From positions 623,255 through 687,254 of the forward strand of contig NMRA01000184.1 in NCBI GenBank assembly GCA_002633005.1: a stretch of DNA of 64,000 nucleotides, in the 5' to 3' direction. A model generated the notes under the pieces. The model ran no database searches and was not told the DNA's origin. It saw only the letters and a list, made by a program, of their open reading frames with translations. The position numbers and the translations under genes were made by a program. Origin of the DNA: Phoronis australis. Lineage: Eukaryota; Animalia; Phoronida. The stretch's first letter is position 1. Every line of letters starts with the position of its first letter. Of this stretch, positions 50,093 to 60,958 are shown in pieces.

Positions 50093-52012
50093 ATGAGTGT
50101 TTGCAGTTTGAGAATGCGTCTGTGTTTTAGAATCGATGGCTTATTTCTCCTACTTGCTTTTGTGGGATTATCGTTTGCTGATGAAGTGGCCGACTTAGAA
50201 AATATCGCCAGTGAGTTTTGGACATGGCGACTTCGTGACGATCCTGAATTTGCGACGCAAAGTGGAATTCACGATTTTGATGATAACCTTAGGTCATACG
50301 ACTATGGACAGTTTCAAGTACGAAAGGAGAAATGCGAAGTGCTTTTGGGGAAATTGAGAAGAATTGACACCAGTAAACTTTCAAGTTCTTCTAAGCTTTC
50401 GTTTGACGTTTTGGAGGACAATCTTATGGTCTTCATCGACGGATTCCAGTGGCGAAACTATGGGAACCTTAATCCAATTAATTTCCTCGAGGGAATTCAT
50501 ATGAATATGGATTTTTTTGTGTCGCATATGGATTTCAAGAACAAGGTAGACTACGACTTTTATTTGAAGAGACTGCGTGCATTGCCAACTCAGGTAACTC
50601 AAATAATCGGCCTCATGGAACGAGCTATACAGGAGGGAACAACCAACCACAATGTATCCGTTCTTAGAGTTCCTTCTCAGATTGACTCGCTGATCAATAG
50701 GAGCACTGAGGATTTAGCCGCTTACAAACCATTTAAAGATACACTTACCAACATCACTAGCATAAACAACACTGAAAAACAGGACCTTAGAACCCGGGCT
50801 AAAACCGTGTTATCCACTATGGTTGTACCTTCTTTTCAAAACCTTTCTCGGTTTATGCAGAATCAATACATTCCTAAGTGCAGAAATACATACGGAGTCG
50901 GCGGTCTTCCAAGAGGAGAGGAATACTACAAAGCTTGTTTAAAATGGCATTTGTCCACAGACATGACACCCGAAGAAGTTCATCAGAAGGGACACGATGA
51001 AGTAAAACGCCTAGAAGAAGAAATGCTGAAAATAGCAAGACGAAATGGATTCACAGGTACAACGTTGGCGGAGTTTTTCGGTATTTTAAGAAACGATTCA
51101 AGATTTTACAGAAACTCGTCACAAGAGTTACTGGATATGTACAATGAAATTATTTTCCAGAGAATTAAACCGCAGTTACCAAAACTTTTTAACGACATTC
51201 CAAATTACCCTCTTGAGGTGAAGCCCATGGAGTTTGACGGTCCTGGTGGATCATATTCTTCCGCCGCCGAGGACGGTTCACGACCTGGAATATTTTGGGT
51301 TAACTTGTTCAACCCTGAGAAACGGGCAACGTTCGATATGGCTTCTTTGTCGCTTCACGAAGCCGATCCAGGACATCACATGCAGATTAGCTACATGATA
51401 CGAGAAAAGAATCCATCTTTCCGTAAACATTTGGACTTCAGCAAATATTTCGCATGTCCTTTCCACTTCCCGTTTTTCACTGCTTATACCGAAGGATGGG
51501 CGCTATACGCGGAAGATCTCGGAATTGAGATGGGAAGTTACATTGACGACTATGAACTTTTCGGCAAGTACTCGTCGGAAATGTTTCGCGCGTGTCGCCT
51601 TGTAGTCGATACTGGATTGCACGCAAAGGGTTGGTCACGTGACCGGGCTGTAAATTTCATGGTGGAACATACCTTTGACCTGAGATCGCAACTGGAAATA
51701 GAGATCGATAGATACATCACGTGGCCAGGACAGGCATGCGCGTACAAGATAGGCCAATTGAAATTTCAAGAATTGCGAAGCAAAGTCCAGAACACACTCG
51801 GAGAAGCATTTGACGTCGCTGAGTTTCATGATGTCGTTTTGAGAATTGGAGCAGTTCCTTTGAGAATTTTGGAACGACGCGTCGACGAGTGGATACAAGA
51901 TAAGAAAGTATCGACAACGACCAAACCTACATCAAACGCTCTTATGACCCAGCCAATTTACTGGACTTTAATGGTTGCACTATTCTGCAATTTATACACG
52001 ACGTACTTTTGA
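50093..52012 (+). CDS. DUF885-family putative zinc metallopeptidase, copy B (secreted/GPI-like, single coding exon, 639 aa)
   Basis: Intact ORF with signal peptide ...LFLLLAFVGLSFA|DE and the same DUF885 motifs as copy A. Ser/Thr stalk (STTTKPTSNA) then a hydrophobic tail. An acceptor cttcttcAG at 50068 suggests a 5' UTR intron. Confidence 0.94.
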   Translation: MSVCSLRMRLCFRIDGLFLLLAFVGLSFADEVADLENIASEFWTWRLRDDPEFATQSGIHDFDDNLRSYDYGQFQVRKEKCEVLLGKLRRIDTSKLSSSSKLSFDVLEDNLMVFIDGFQWRNYGNLNPINFLEGIHMNMDFFVSHMDFKNKVDYDFYLKRLRALPTQVTQIIGLMERAIQEGTTNHNVSVLRVPSQIDSLINRSTEDLAAYKPFKDTLTNITSINNTEKQDLRTRAKTVLSTMVVPSFQNLSRFMQNQYIPKCRNTYGVGGLPRGEEYYKACLKWHLSTDMTPEEVHQKGHDEVKRLEEEMLKIARRNGFTGTTLAEFFGILRNDSRFYRNSSQELLDMYNEIIFQRIKPQLPKLFNDIPNYPLEVKPMEFDGPGGSYSSAAEDGSRPGIFWVNLFNPEKRATFDMASLSLHEADPGHHMQISYMIREKNPSFRKHLDFSKYFACPFHFPFFTAYTEGWALYAEDLGIEMGSYIDDYELFGKYSSEMFRACRLVVDTGLHAKGWSRDRAVNFMVEHTFDLRSQLEIEIDRYITWPGQACAYKIGQLKFQELRSKVQNTLGEAFDVAEFHDVVLRIGAVPLRILERRVDEWIQDKKVSTTTKPTSNALMTQPIYWTLMVALFCNLYTTYF

Positions 52013-55000
52013 GATTTCACTGAATCGTTGAGTAAAACGCCGCGGATATCAAATGGACCAAAAACGAAAATTTACATTTAATTAAATTTACTTACCAATC
52101 GGTTAGAAATCGGTCGCTTGCGTCTAACCGTATATACAGTTAAAGTGCAGCATTAGTGGACAGTGGGTTTTCAGGAGTGTCGTCAACTTTTTTCTCTCGA
52201 AAATTGTATTTGGGTGCCTCTGTCTACCAGTGAATGAATGTATAAAAGTTTGACGTCACCACAAGGCCCTGCCATCATATAAAATTTTTGCTTCTCTTAC
52301 TCAGACACATGAATTATTTATGTCATACTTATGGACTTAAAAATCAGTAAAATTATTTTTTCTAAATCATATTACAGGGGATGAGCTATTCACTCAGCCA
52401 GTTGGTTCAGGTACCAGTAAGCTAAGCATTTTGCTTAAGTCAAGGCGTGACAAAAGACTCATAGCGCTTGAATAAACTAACCCAACTGGCATATTTCACT
52501 GACCATTTTCCTTGATTTGTAGTTAATTGGCATAGAGCTATATGCTTAGCTTAGCTTACTCAGTTACTTAAGCCAGCTGACTGAGTGCCACAAAGCACCT
52601 ATGTATACACCACGCCCTAGTCTGATCAGACTAGCTTCCAACAGACTGTTTTTGGTACGTCGTCAGCACTCAGTTAATGCGCCGCTTGGCTCCATTGGCT
52701 AGACCCATGTGTGTTTTATCGCTATTGGCCATTTCAATTTTATGACTAGATACATCTCGTATAGATGTGCGTAAACCAGGACCTTGGACTTGGCTGTTGC
52801 CACTCACCGTTGAGATTAGTAATATAGGAGACAAGTACGCCAGGGAGATAAGGAAGGAGTCCTTTACTTTGTCAAGCTTTGTGTTATATGGTTTTGACAG
52901 CATTGACCTTAATCTTGTATGAAAATTAATGTGAGTGAGGTACCTGGGAGCGGTTCGTTATTAATTACTCTGGAACAGTATTTTCGTTATCATCATGTAA
53001 CTTTGTGTCTGGGGTGTTTCACTATACGTAAACAAGTACCGGAAATTTCAGATAGTAAGCTCCAGGATGTACACGCATATTTGGAAAATCGCATTTTTAC
53101 ATTCCTGGAACCCAAAATTTCAGTCCGATATACTTTCGGAAACGTATAACCTATAAACGGATGTTGCGTTATAAAAAGGTAAAAAATAGTTCTAAAGCGT
53201 CATTACAAAAGAGTTTGTAAGACTAATGGCTGGCATGAATAAATGGTTGTTTGACTGACACACATGGACACTGTACATTTTGGGTTTGCGGAAATTCTCC
53301 GTTTTATTCGCTATCCCTTAAACGGGATGAGATGTTTTTTGATTGGCAAATGTGAAAATTGTCAATTACGAAGCAGTGATGAAATTGGAAGATCGTTGAC
53401 GGTTTTAAACAAAACTGGTTGCGGTAACATCTTAGACTAATCGAAAATTTGAGCATGAAAATCAGTTATTTAGACAAGGAAACGTTTGACCTCGCGCATG
53501 TATAGTTACCTTTTATTGACAATGCAAAGCATCACGTTCCTTCACAGCCCCTTCTCGTGACCACGAGAGTGGCGCTGCAAATGTCAACGCCATACATTAA
53601 GCTCAAGAGAAAACAATTCAGGGAAGACAATTTTATTAATGACTCAGTTCATGACAGACATTCAGGTAAACACAGTTCAGCACAACGGTCTAGCCTTCAT
53701 GGCAAACATTCCGAATAACTGACTCTGTGCCGTAGCAAGGGGGTCCACATGCAGAATGGTGAATGTTGACCAAGACCCTTTTGTCTATCTGACGTCACAC
53801 GCATGCTGGCGCCTCTAGCGGAGGTCACAGGACCGAGTTCATGGACCAGTTTGTGGAAAGCCAAGTGTCAATGGAGTCCGACAGGCGAACCGACTTGTAT
53901 TGTAGGACGTTTAGTCATTGCTTTTTGCAAAAAAAGGAATGGTATATAATGTCAACTTCGAGTAGATATAATTGTGAATGTCTTATTAATGGTTATCAGT
54001 CACCAGTTAGGCAGATGAGAAACGTCGTTTTTTTATGAAACACTAAGGGAAGTTTTCGAGCAACTTTTGTTTATAGTTCTGGCTGTGCCAGTGAACCACA
54101 AAATACTGTTTGCTACATCAAGTGCTAATCTTTTTCGCACCAATTAATCAAAACAGTTCTTGCCAAGTTAGATCACTGGCAGCTAGGCAAGAATAACCTG
54201 CTAAAACGTGTTGTAGTCGGGTGGAAAAATATTAACATCTGGGGATTCATAATTCAGTAAAAATTTCTGTGAAGTAAAATTTTGTCTTAGGTTGATATTT
54301 TGTATTGAAATGGATAATAATCAGAATATTACAGGCTCTACAAGGGCAGGTCAATAGCGGAGTTACAACGCCGCCATATTGGAAATGGGTCAGAATGTTG
54401 CATTGTGGTTAAGCCGGTAAACAAGTACGTCGGCAAGCGTGGGGGCGAACCGGCCACAGGGAGGTTATACGTGTTGTGTGCCTTGCTGCTATAATACCAG
54501 TTAGCGAGATAAAGAATTTAGTTACTACCTGTTTCCCAAGGATCAAGAACTGCGTTAAACATGGGTCAGACACATCGGTAGAGCTTGTAGCAAAGGCCGA
54601 CTTAGTGAATTCTTTACGACTTCGTAGCATTAAGTATGCAGCACTCATTTTGAGGGCGGCAAGAAAACGTATCTTGGAAACTGCCCAACAATATTTCCCT
54701 TGAAAGAAACAGTAATAAATACTCCACGGCGGTTGGTAGTGAAAAAAACTTGTTTTCGCTTGACCAGAACCAAGCCAAGATGAGCAATTTTGAGGATAAT
54801 CACGGCCTCTGCACAATCACCTGTTCTGGGTCGACTCACTTAACGTACGCACATATGCATTAACGCGCTAAGATAAAGCGTGCAGAATATTATTATTTAC
54901 TTTCTACAAAATTGTGGTGCATTGCTATCAAAATTCATAGAAATTACAAAATGAATTTCTGTGTACTTGATAGTAGGACAAAGGTATAAAACAGAAGTAT

Positions 55001-55799
55001 GGCACATTACATGTAGAAAATAATGAGACCGACAAATTATCCGCGCTACCTATGTATCAGCGTTCATTGTGAAATGAATGAGTTGTACTTCTCTTCATAA
55101 CATTGAAACATAAAACAATTGACCAACGTAATTTTTTGAGGAATGCACAATATTTTTGACTGCTTTAGCATGTTTAATTAACTTCATATTCAATCGCAGA
55201 AATTCAGACATAACATACTCTCTAGTCTCGGGGCAGCTTCGCTATAAGGGTACAACTTACTGCTGGTTTTTCACTAGAATAAAATGTACCCCCACGGAAA
55301 CAGTTCCAGTGTTACCATGGTAACCGATATTTCAGTGTCTGTGCCGTTTTTACTTACATTGGTCATGAACCTATCATGTGATATCAAAATTGTTTAGAAA
55401 AGATTCTATTTGAAGTAGAAACTGGAGTAGAAAATTGGTCAAAAATGACTCATTCCACACCAAGAAATTGCCTCATTTTGCTCCCAAGAAGACTTCCCTT
55501 GTATCTCCTATACCACCAAACTTTGTGGTGTCATACTTCACCCATTTTCTCTCATCCCTAATGTGATTTATTAGACTAAACATGAATCTGAATGGCTGAC
55601 CCCGCACCTTGCCGCTTGTTGGCTGTACGGTGGTCGGTGGATCCGTGGACTGATACTTAACTCTGCCAGCTACTACCACGCAGGTTCCTGGTTTGATTCC
55701 GCGCTGGGGCGATAAAAGACACTTTTTTCACCGATGATGTCACTTATTACAATACATAGCGGGTTCCAATCAAATATCAATAAGCACCTTATCAAGTTC

Positions 55800-56268
55800 C
55801 TGGATATTCATGATTTTGATATCTCTTTTTATTAAAGAAAGTACAATTGATTTGGATTTTGGGTCAAATCCGACTACTACAGAGTCCCCTTGGTGGTAAT
55901 TTTGCTTTCCTGTTCGTTTGTCTTGGTATCTATCAAGCTTCTTGATAAATGTTCATGAAGTTTGGCAAATCAGTATCACGTAGATGACAGCACAAGACCC
56001 GTTTCAGATGGATTTGACCTGAACTGCGCCCCCTAGTGACATTCTTAGTGGTTTTGTGGCTGTTTTTTGTCACCCGCCTCCCGTTATCTTGACAATTGTT
56101 GGAGGAATCGCGATAAAAGGTGACAAGTGTGTTCATTTCTCTCTGACTTGCTTTTCACCACCAAGAAGCGATTTTTAGTTTTGTAGCGCTCCCTTAAAAT
56201 AACGATCACACTTACATACGATGCTCATGCTGGGCGCATATCAACGCTAGGCGGCGTTGCTCTAGTTT
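55800..56268 (+). mobile_element. HINE-like element, diverged 3' fragment
   Basis: Subunit motifs (tccgactactac...cccttggtgg; gcgccccctagtg) and 3' end tgggcgcatatcAACGCtaggcgGCGTTgctctagtt. The 5' boundary is approximate. Confidence 0.6.
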
Positions 56269-56562
56269 ACAAAAAAGCTGCAAGTCAATCCTAGTTGATG
56301 ACATTTCTTTTGGCCAAAATTTGTGTGCGAACTTTAAAATCAGCGCATGTGTAAACAACGACACATTGATTGAAGTAGCGGTTTATTCTATATCAACCGT
56401 TCTCAAGACTAAAGACAAAAGTTCGCAATATTCCAGTCTGGTGACACATGTGGAGAACATACTGTCAAAATGCATTGTGAGAGGAGAGGTCAGAAATCAT
56501 TACAGATGTAAATCAAATGAACCAATGGTTCTATTGAGATAGCTCTCAGCATGATTCAACCG

Positions 56563-57594
56563 TATATGCCTCTATATCTTCAAAGGTCCTCAACGTATTT
56601 TCATAAAATTTGGTATACAGGCATCTATTACTGACGCTATCCTCCCGTTTTCTGATAGATTTGACGTAGTTTGCGCCACCTAGTGGCAATTTTTTCTATT
56701 TTCGAGTTTTGTTTTTTGACGTCCACCCCTCTACCAACCAAACCGCTCTAAGAATGATTGTGAAAATTGGCATAGTATGTTCTTAAAATGAGGAGTAAAG
56801 ATGACGATGTTTTTCGCACGACTTCGACTACTGTTGCGCCTCCTAGTAGCAGTTTTTTGGCGCTCATGGCTGTATTTCTTAAACCGTTTGCAGGATCTCC
56901 ACTAAATCTAGCAATTGTATTTGTATGATGTTAACAACACGCGACGAAGACTTTAGTACGGATCTGACTACCGGTGTGCTCCCTGCGGCAACTTTATTCT
57001 TTTACGTTTACCTCTGTATCTTCAAAGGTCTTCAAAAGATTTTCATAAAATTTGGAATATTGGCATCTATTGGTGAGATGGCGATATTCTCCCGTTTTCG
57101 GATGGGATCGGGGTATTTTGCGCCACCTAGTGACCATTTTTCTATTTTCGAGTCTGTTTTTGGCGTCCACCCGTCTATCAACCAAAGCATTCTAAGGAGG
57201 ATTTTGAAAATTGGCATATATGTTCTCAGTATGAAGGGGGCAGTGGTAGTTTTTTTGTTTTGTTTTGCGCCCATAGCTGTATCTGCTAAACCCACTGCAC
57301 GCCTTCTTTATTAAATGTAGTAAGTGTATTTATATGAAGCTAACTACAAACGACGACGACTTTCAGGCGGATCCAACGAAAGCTGTGCACCCTAGTGGCA
57401 ATTTCACTTCTCCGTCTTTGATGAGATTTGGCAAATAGCTTTTTTTTAAAGAAGCAATGACGTGTTCCAGTTTTTGGATAGATTCAACGTTTTTGCACCA
57501 TCTAGGGGTCATTTTTATGATACAAATGAACAACCCTAGAAGTCACGTTTGCGGTGCATTCGTGGGCACATTTCAACGCTCTGCATTGCTCTTC
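56563..57594 (+). mobile_element. HINE-like element, 5'-truncated copy
   Basis: Internal units nearly colinear with 18240-18879; 3' end gcggtgcattcgtgggcacatttcaacgctctgcattgctctt. Confidence 0.78.
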
Positions 57595-57702
57595 TACTGA
57601 ATCTAGAATGCACTCTAGATTCAGAGTGAGTTATTACGCTGTTAGCTTGCTCATGCGCACCTTAATGCTATGGGCCCTCGCTTGAGACTGTATATTTTTC
57701 AG

Positions 57703-57865
57703 ATAAACAGAGTAACGATACGAGATTACTGCAGACTTCTGAAAGACCCGTTCATTCTTGTGGCGCTCGGTTTCGGGTTTGTGCAGCATTTTGGCCTGGG
57801 AATCTTCTTGGCAACGGGCCCCGCTTGGATGCTGTTTACTTTGAAGGCACAGCAGTGGGAAATTG
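57703..57865 (+). CDS. SLC18-like transporter exon 9, TM7
   Basis: ttttcAG|...|GTgagg; INRVTIRDYCRLLKDPFILVALG...GPAWMLFTLKAQQWEIG (VMAT: LLKDPYILIAAG...LPIWM...WQLG). Phase 0 matches exon 8. Confidence 0.9.
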
Positions 57866-58095
57866 GTGAGGCTAAATCAGAGAGAACAGTTGTAGGCGAG
57901 AAAAATTGACGAAAAAGCATTGATCGTATGTCTGAGTTAGTGAAACTTTGGTGGGTCTCAATTAAGGGTAAATGGTTTAAAAAGAAGTTTTTAGAATGAC
58001 CGAGAAGACTTAAAAGTCATCAAATCGTCTAATTATCTCTTGAAGATTTTTTTTTAGGGCTTAGAACTGCATAATCCTGCATGTAATAAAATTTT

Positions 58096-58316
58096 GGCCT
58101 CTGAGTCATTATGGCCTCTGAGTCATTATGGTCTCTGAGTCATTATGGCCTCTGAATCATTGTGGCCTCTGAGTCCTTATGGTCTCTGGGTCATTATGAC
58201 CTCTGAGTCATTATGGCCTCTGAGTCATTATGGCCTCTGAGTCATTATGGCCTTTGAGACGTTATGGCCTCTGTGTCATTATGGCCTCTGAGTCATTATG
58301 ACCTCTGAGTCATTCT
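58096..58316. repeat. 17-bp minisatellite, 13 units (GGCCTCTGAGTCATTAT)
   Basis: Head-to-tail units without spacers, counted directly. Confidence 0.92.
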
Positions 58317-59261
58317 GGTCTTACCGCCTCAGTCACATTCTGAATCTAAACATGACATACGGTATTTTAGTACATGTACCTCGGTGAAAGTCACTGTTAT
58401 TGTGTATCAATGAACTTCGTTCCACCACCACTTGAGTTTTCACAACCCGTTGATCGCTGCTTAGCACCTAATATTCTGTGAAATGCAGCTGGCTCCAAAG
58501 TTCCGAGAGATTATCAGACTGCAGTGTGTTGTACATTGTACATAATGTTCGCACGTTTACTTTTGCGACGGGTCTGAAACATTGTCCATGAGCCACATGC
58601 TTTATGGATTAATTGTAACTATCTATGCTTTTTATTGCTTTTTATTTAGGAAATTACGATGAGCCAAAACATAATAACCAACGACAAAAATAAAATTCTT
58701 ATTATTCATAAACGAATCCATGATTCACCATTTTTAATCTACATGATCCTCTCAACTATAGTCTGCATCGTCATAGCATTTCTGTGGTGATTCCCGTTGT
58801 TTTCATTCGAGATCAAATCTATAGCACTCGTAGACTAGATTTTCGCTCATCTACGATATATATTTAGGTAAAGTTCAAGTTAACTTCGGAAAACGATTCT
58901 TTTAGAACAAAGCTGGTAATCAATCGGATACTCTTGATCTTCACATTTATCTTTGTTACAGGCTAAACCAGTTTTAGGCGTGTTTTATGATATTAATGTT
59001 GACAAGTTGTTATCATTTCTTTTTTTATTTCCTATTTCTTCTTTTCTTTTTTAATTCTGATATTTAGATTTCTGTTTATACATGTTTATATTTCTTTTTC
59101 AATGTGTATGTGTTAAGCTTGTAGTTTTTATCCAGTGTACTAAATATTTATATCACTAGGGATATTTTGCCGCGCATAAATTCCTCGTGGGTTTAAATGC
59201 CTTTGCAGAATCAATCGCCTTCTTAAATTCTTACTCAACTTGTGAATACATTTGAAGTACN

Positions 59262-60598
59262 GGTTTCGGGTTTGTGCAGCATTTTGGCCTGGGAATCTTC
59301 TTGGCAACGGGCCCCGCTTGGATGCTGTTTACTTTGAAAGCACAGCAGTGGGAAATTGGTGAGGCTAAATCTGAGAGAACAGTTGCGGGCGAGAAAAATT
59401 TACGAAAAAGCATTGATCGTACGTCTGAGTTTGTGAGACTTTGATGGGTCTCAATTAAGGGTAAATGGTTTAAGAATAAGTTTTTAGAATGACCGAGAAG
59501 ACTTAAAAGTCGTCAAATCGTCTAATTATCTCTTGAAGATTTTGTTTTTAGGGCTTAGAACTGCATAATCCTGCATGTAATAAAATTTTGGCCTCTGAGT
59601 CATTATGGCCTCTGGGTCATTATGACCTCTGAGTCATTATGGCCTCTGAGTCATTATGGCCTCTGAGTCATTCTGGTCTTACCGCCTCAGTCACATTCTG
59701 AATCTAAACATGACATACGGTATTTTGATACATGTACCTCGGTGAAAGTCACTATTATTGTGTATCAATGAACTTCGTTCCACCACGACTTGAGTTTTCA
59801 CAACCCGTTGATCGCTGCTTAGCTCCTAATATTCTGTGAAATGCAGCTGGCTCCAAAGTTCCGAGAGATTATCAGACATTGTACATGATGTTCGCACTTT
59901 TACTTTTGCGACGGGTCTGGGTCCATGAGCCACATGCTTTATGGATTAATTGTAACTATCTATGCTTTTTATTGCTTTTTATTTAGGAAATTACGATGAG
60001 CCAAAACATAATAACCAACGACAAAAATAAAATTCTTATTATTCATAAACGAATCCATGATTCACCATTTTTAATCTACATGATCCTCTCAACTATAGTC
60101 TGCATCGTCATAGCATCTCTGTGGTGATTCCCGTTGTTTTCATTCGAGATCAAATCTAGAGCACTCGTAGACTAGATTTTCGCTCATCTACGATATATAT
60201 TTAGGTAAAGTTCAAGTTAACTTCGGAAAACGATGCTTTTAAAATAAAGCTGGTAATCAATCGGATACTCTTGGTCTTCACATTTATCTTTGTTACAGGC
60301 TAAACCAGTTTTAGGCGTGTTTTATGGTATTAATGTTGACAAGTTGTTGTTATCGTTTCTTTTTTATTTCCAATTTTCCTTTTCTTTTTTAATTCTGATA
60401 TTTAGATTTCTGTTTATACATGTTTATATTTATTTTTCAATATGTATCGGTCAGACTTGTAATTTTTATCTAGTGTACTAAATATTTCTATCATTAGGGA
60501 TATTTTGCCGTGCTTAACTTCCTCGTGGGTTACAATTCCTTTGCAGAATCAATCATCTTCGTAAATTCTTACTCAACTTGTGAATTCATTTGAAGTAC
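59262..60598 (+). repeat. Near-identical duplicate of 57769-59260 (probable uncollapsed haplotype at a scaffold join); includes a 5'-truncated copy of SLC18 exon 9
   Basis: Begins immediately after the N at 59261, in mid-exon; both copies end in tttgaagtac. They differ by scattered SNPs, small indels and minisatellite count. Confidence 0.88.
59590..59674. repeat. Same 17-bp minisatellite, 5 units
   Basis: Lies within the duplicated segment, with the same flanks as 58096-58316. Confidence 0.9.
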
Positions 60599-60827
60599 GT
60601 TTAACCTAGAGGATCCAATATACCCACCTTGTTTCAGAAAGTGTCTTTTGATCTAATCTGTTGAACGTTATCAAAAGTGATTTCTCTTCTTGAGAATTCA
60701 GAAATAGCAGTTCGTTGTTTATTGCTTCAGAACGAGCTCACCAGACATTTTATGCGCCTAACGCAGTATGGATGGAAGAGGCTAGTTCCTTGACGGAGCG
60801 CTAGATGGAGTTATATTACAATTTCAG

Positions 60828-60958
60828 GAGCGGTGTTGGCTTCTGCAGTGGTGTTTCACTTGCTTGCAACTCTAGTGACGGGCTGGTTTGCTTTACGGAT
60901 CGGAAGATGGATTTTCTGCCTGATTGGACTGCTACTGTTCGGCACGGGCATGATTTTA
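60828..60958 (+). CDS. SLC18-like transporter exon 10, TM8-TM9
   Basis: tttcAG|...|GTgagt; GAVLASAVVFHLLATLVTGWFALRIGRWIFCLIGLLLFGTGMIL, with the GRW motif of SLC18. Confidence 0.9.

Noticed and set aside
36419-51917. Short - strand ORFs overlapping the DUF885 genes
   Set aside because: Antisense shadows of long coding sequences with no independent features.
36074-52012. Bacterial contamination explaining the DUF885 ORFs
   Set aside because: The ORFs are separated and flanked by the same animal repeat families found elsewhere in the window, have no operon neighbours, carry eukaryote-type signal and GPI-like termini, and have no N gap beside them.
55625-55715. tRNA gene
   Set aside because: Has a B-box-like GGTTTGATTCC but no convincing cloverleaf; at most a decayed tRNA-derived SINE head.
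58096-58316. CRISPR-like array
   Set aside because: 17-bp units are head-to-tail with no unique spacers, no cas genes, and the context is a eukaryotic intron; it is a minisatellite.
59262-59358. Mutually exclusive alternative SLC18 exon 9
   Set aside because: The copy starts mid-exon exactly at an N, has no acceptor and is nearly identical; best explained as an assembly or haplotype duplicate.
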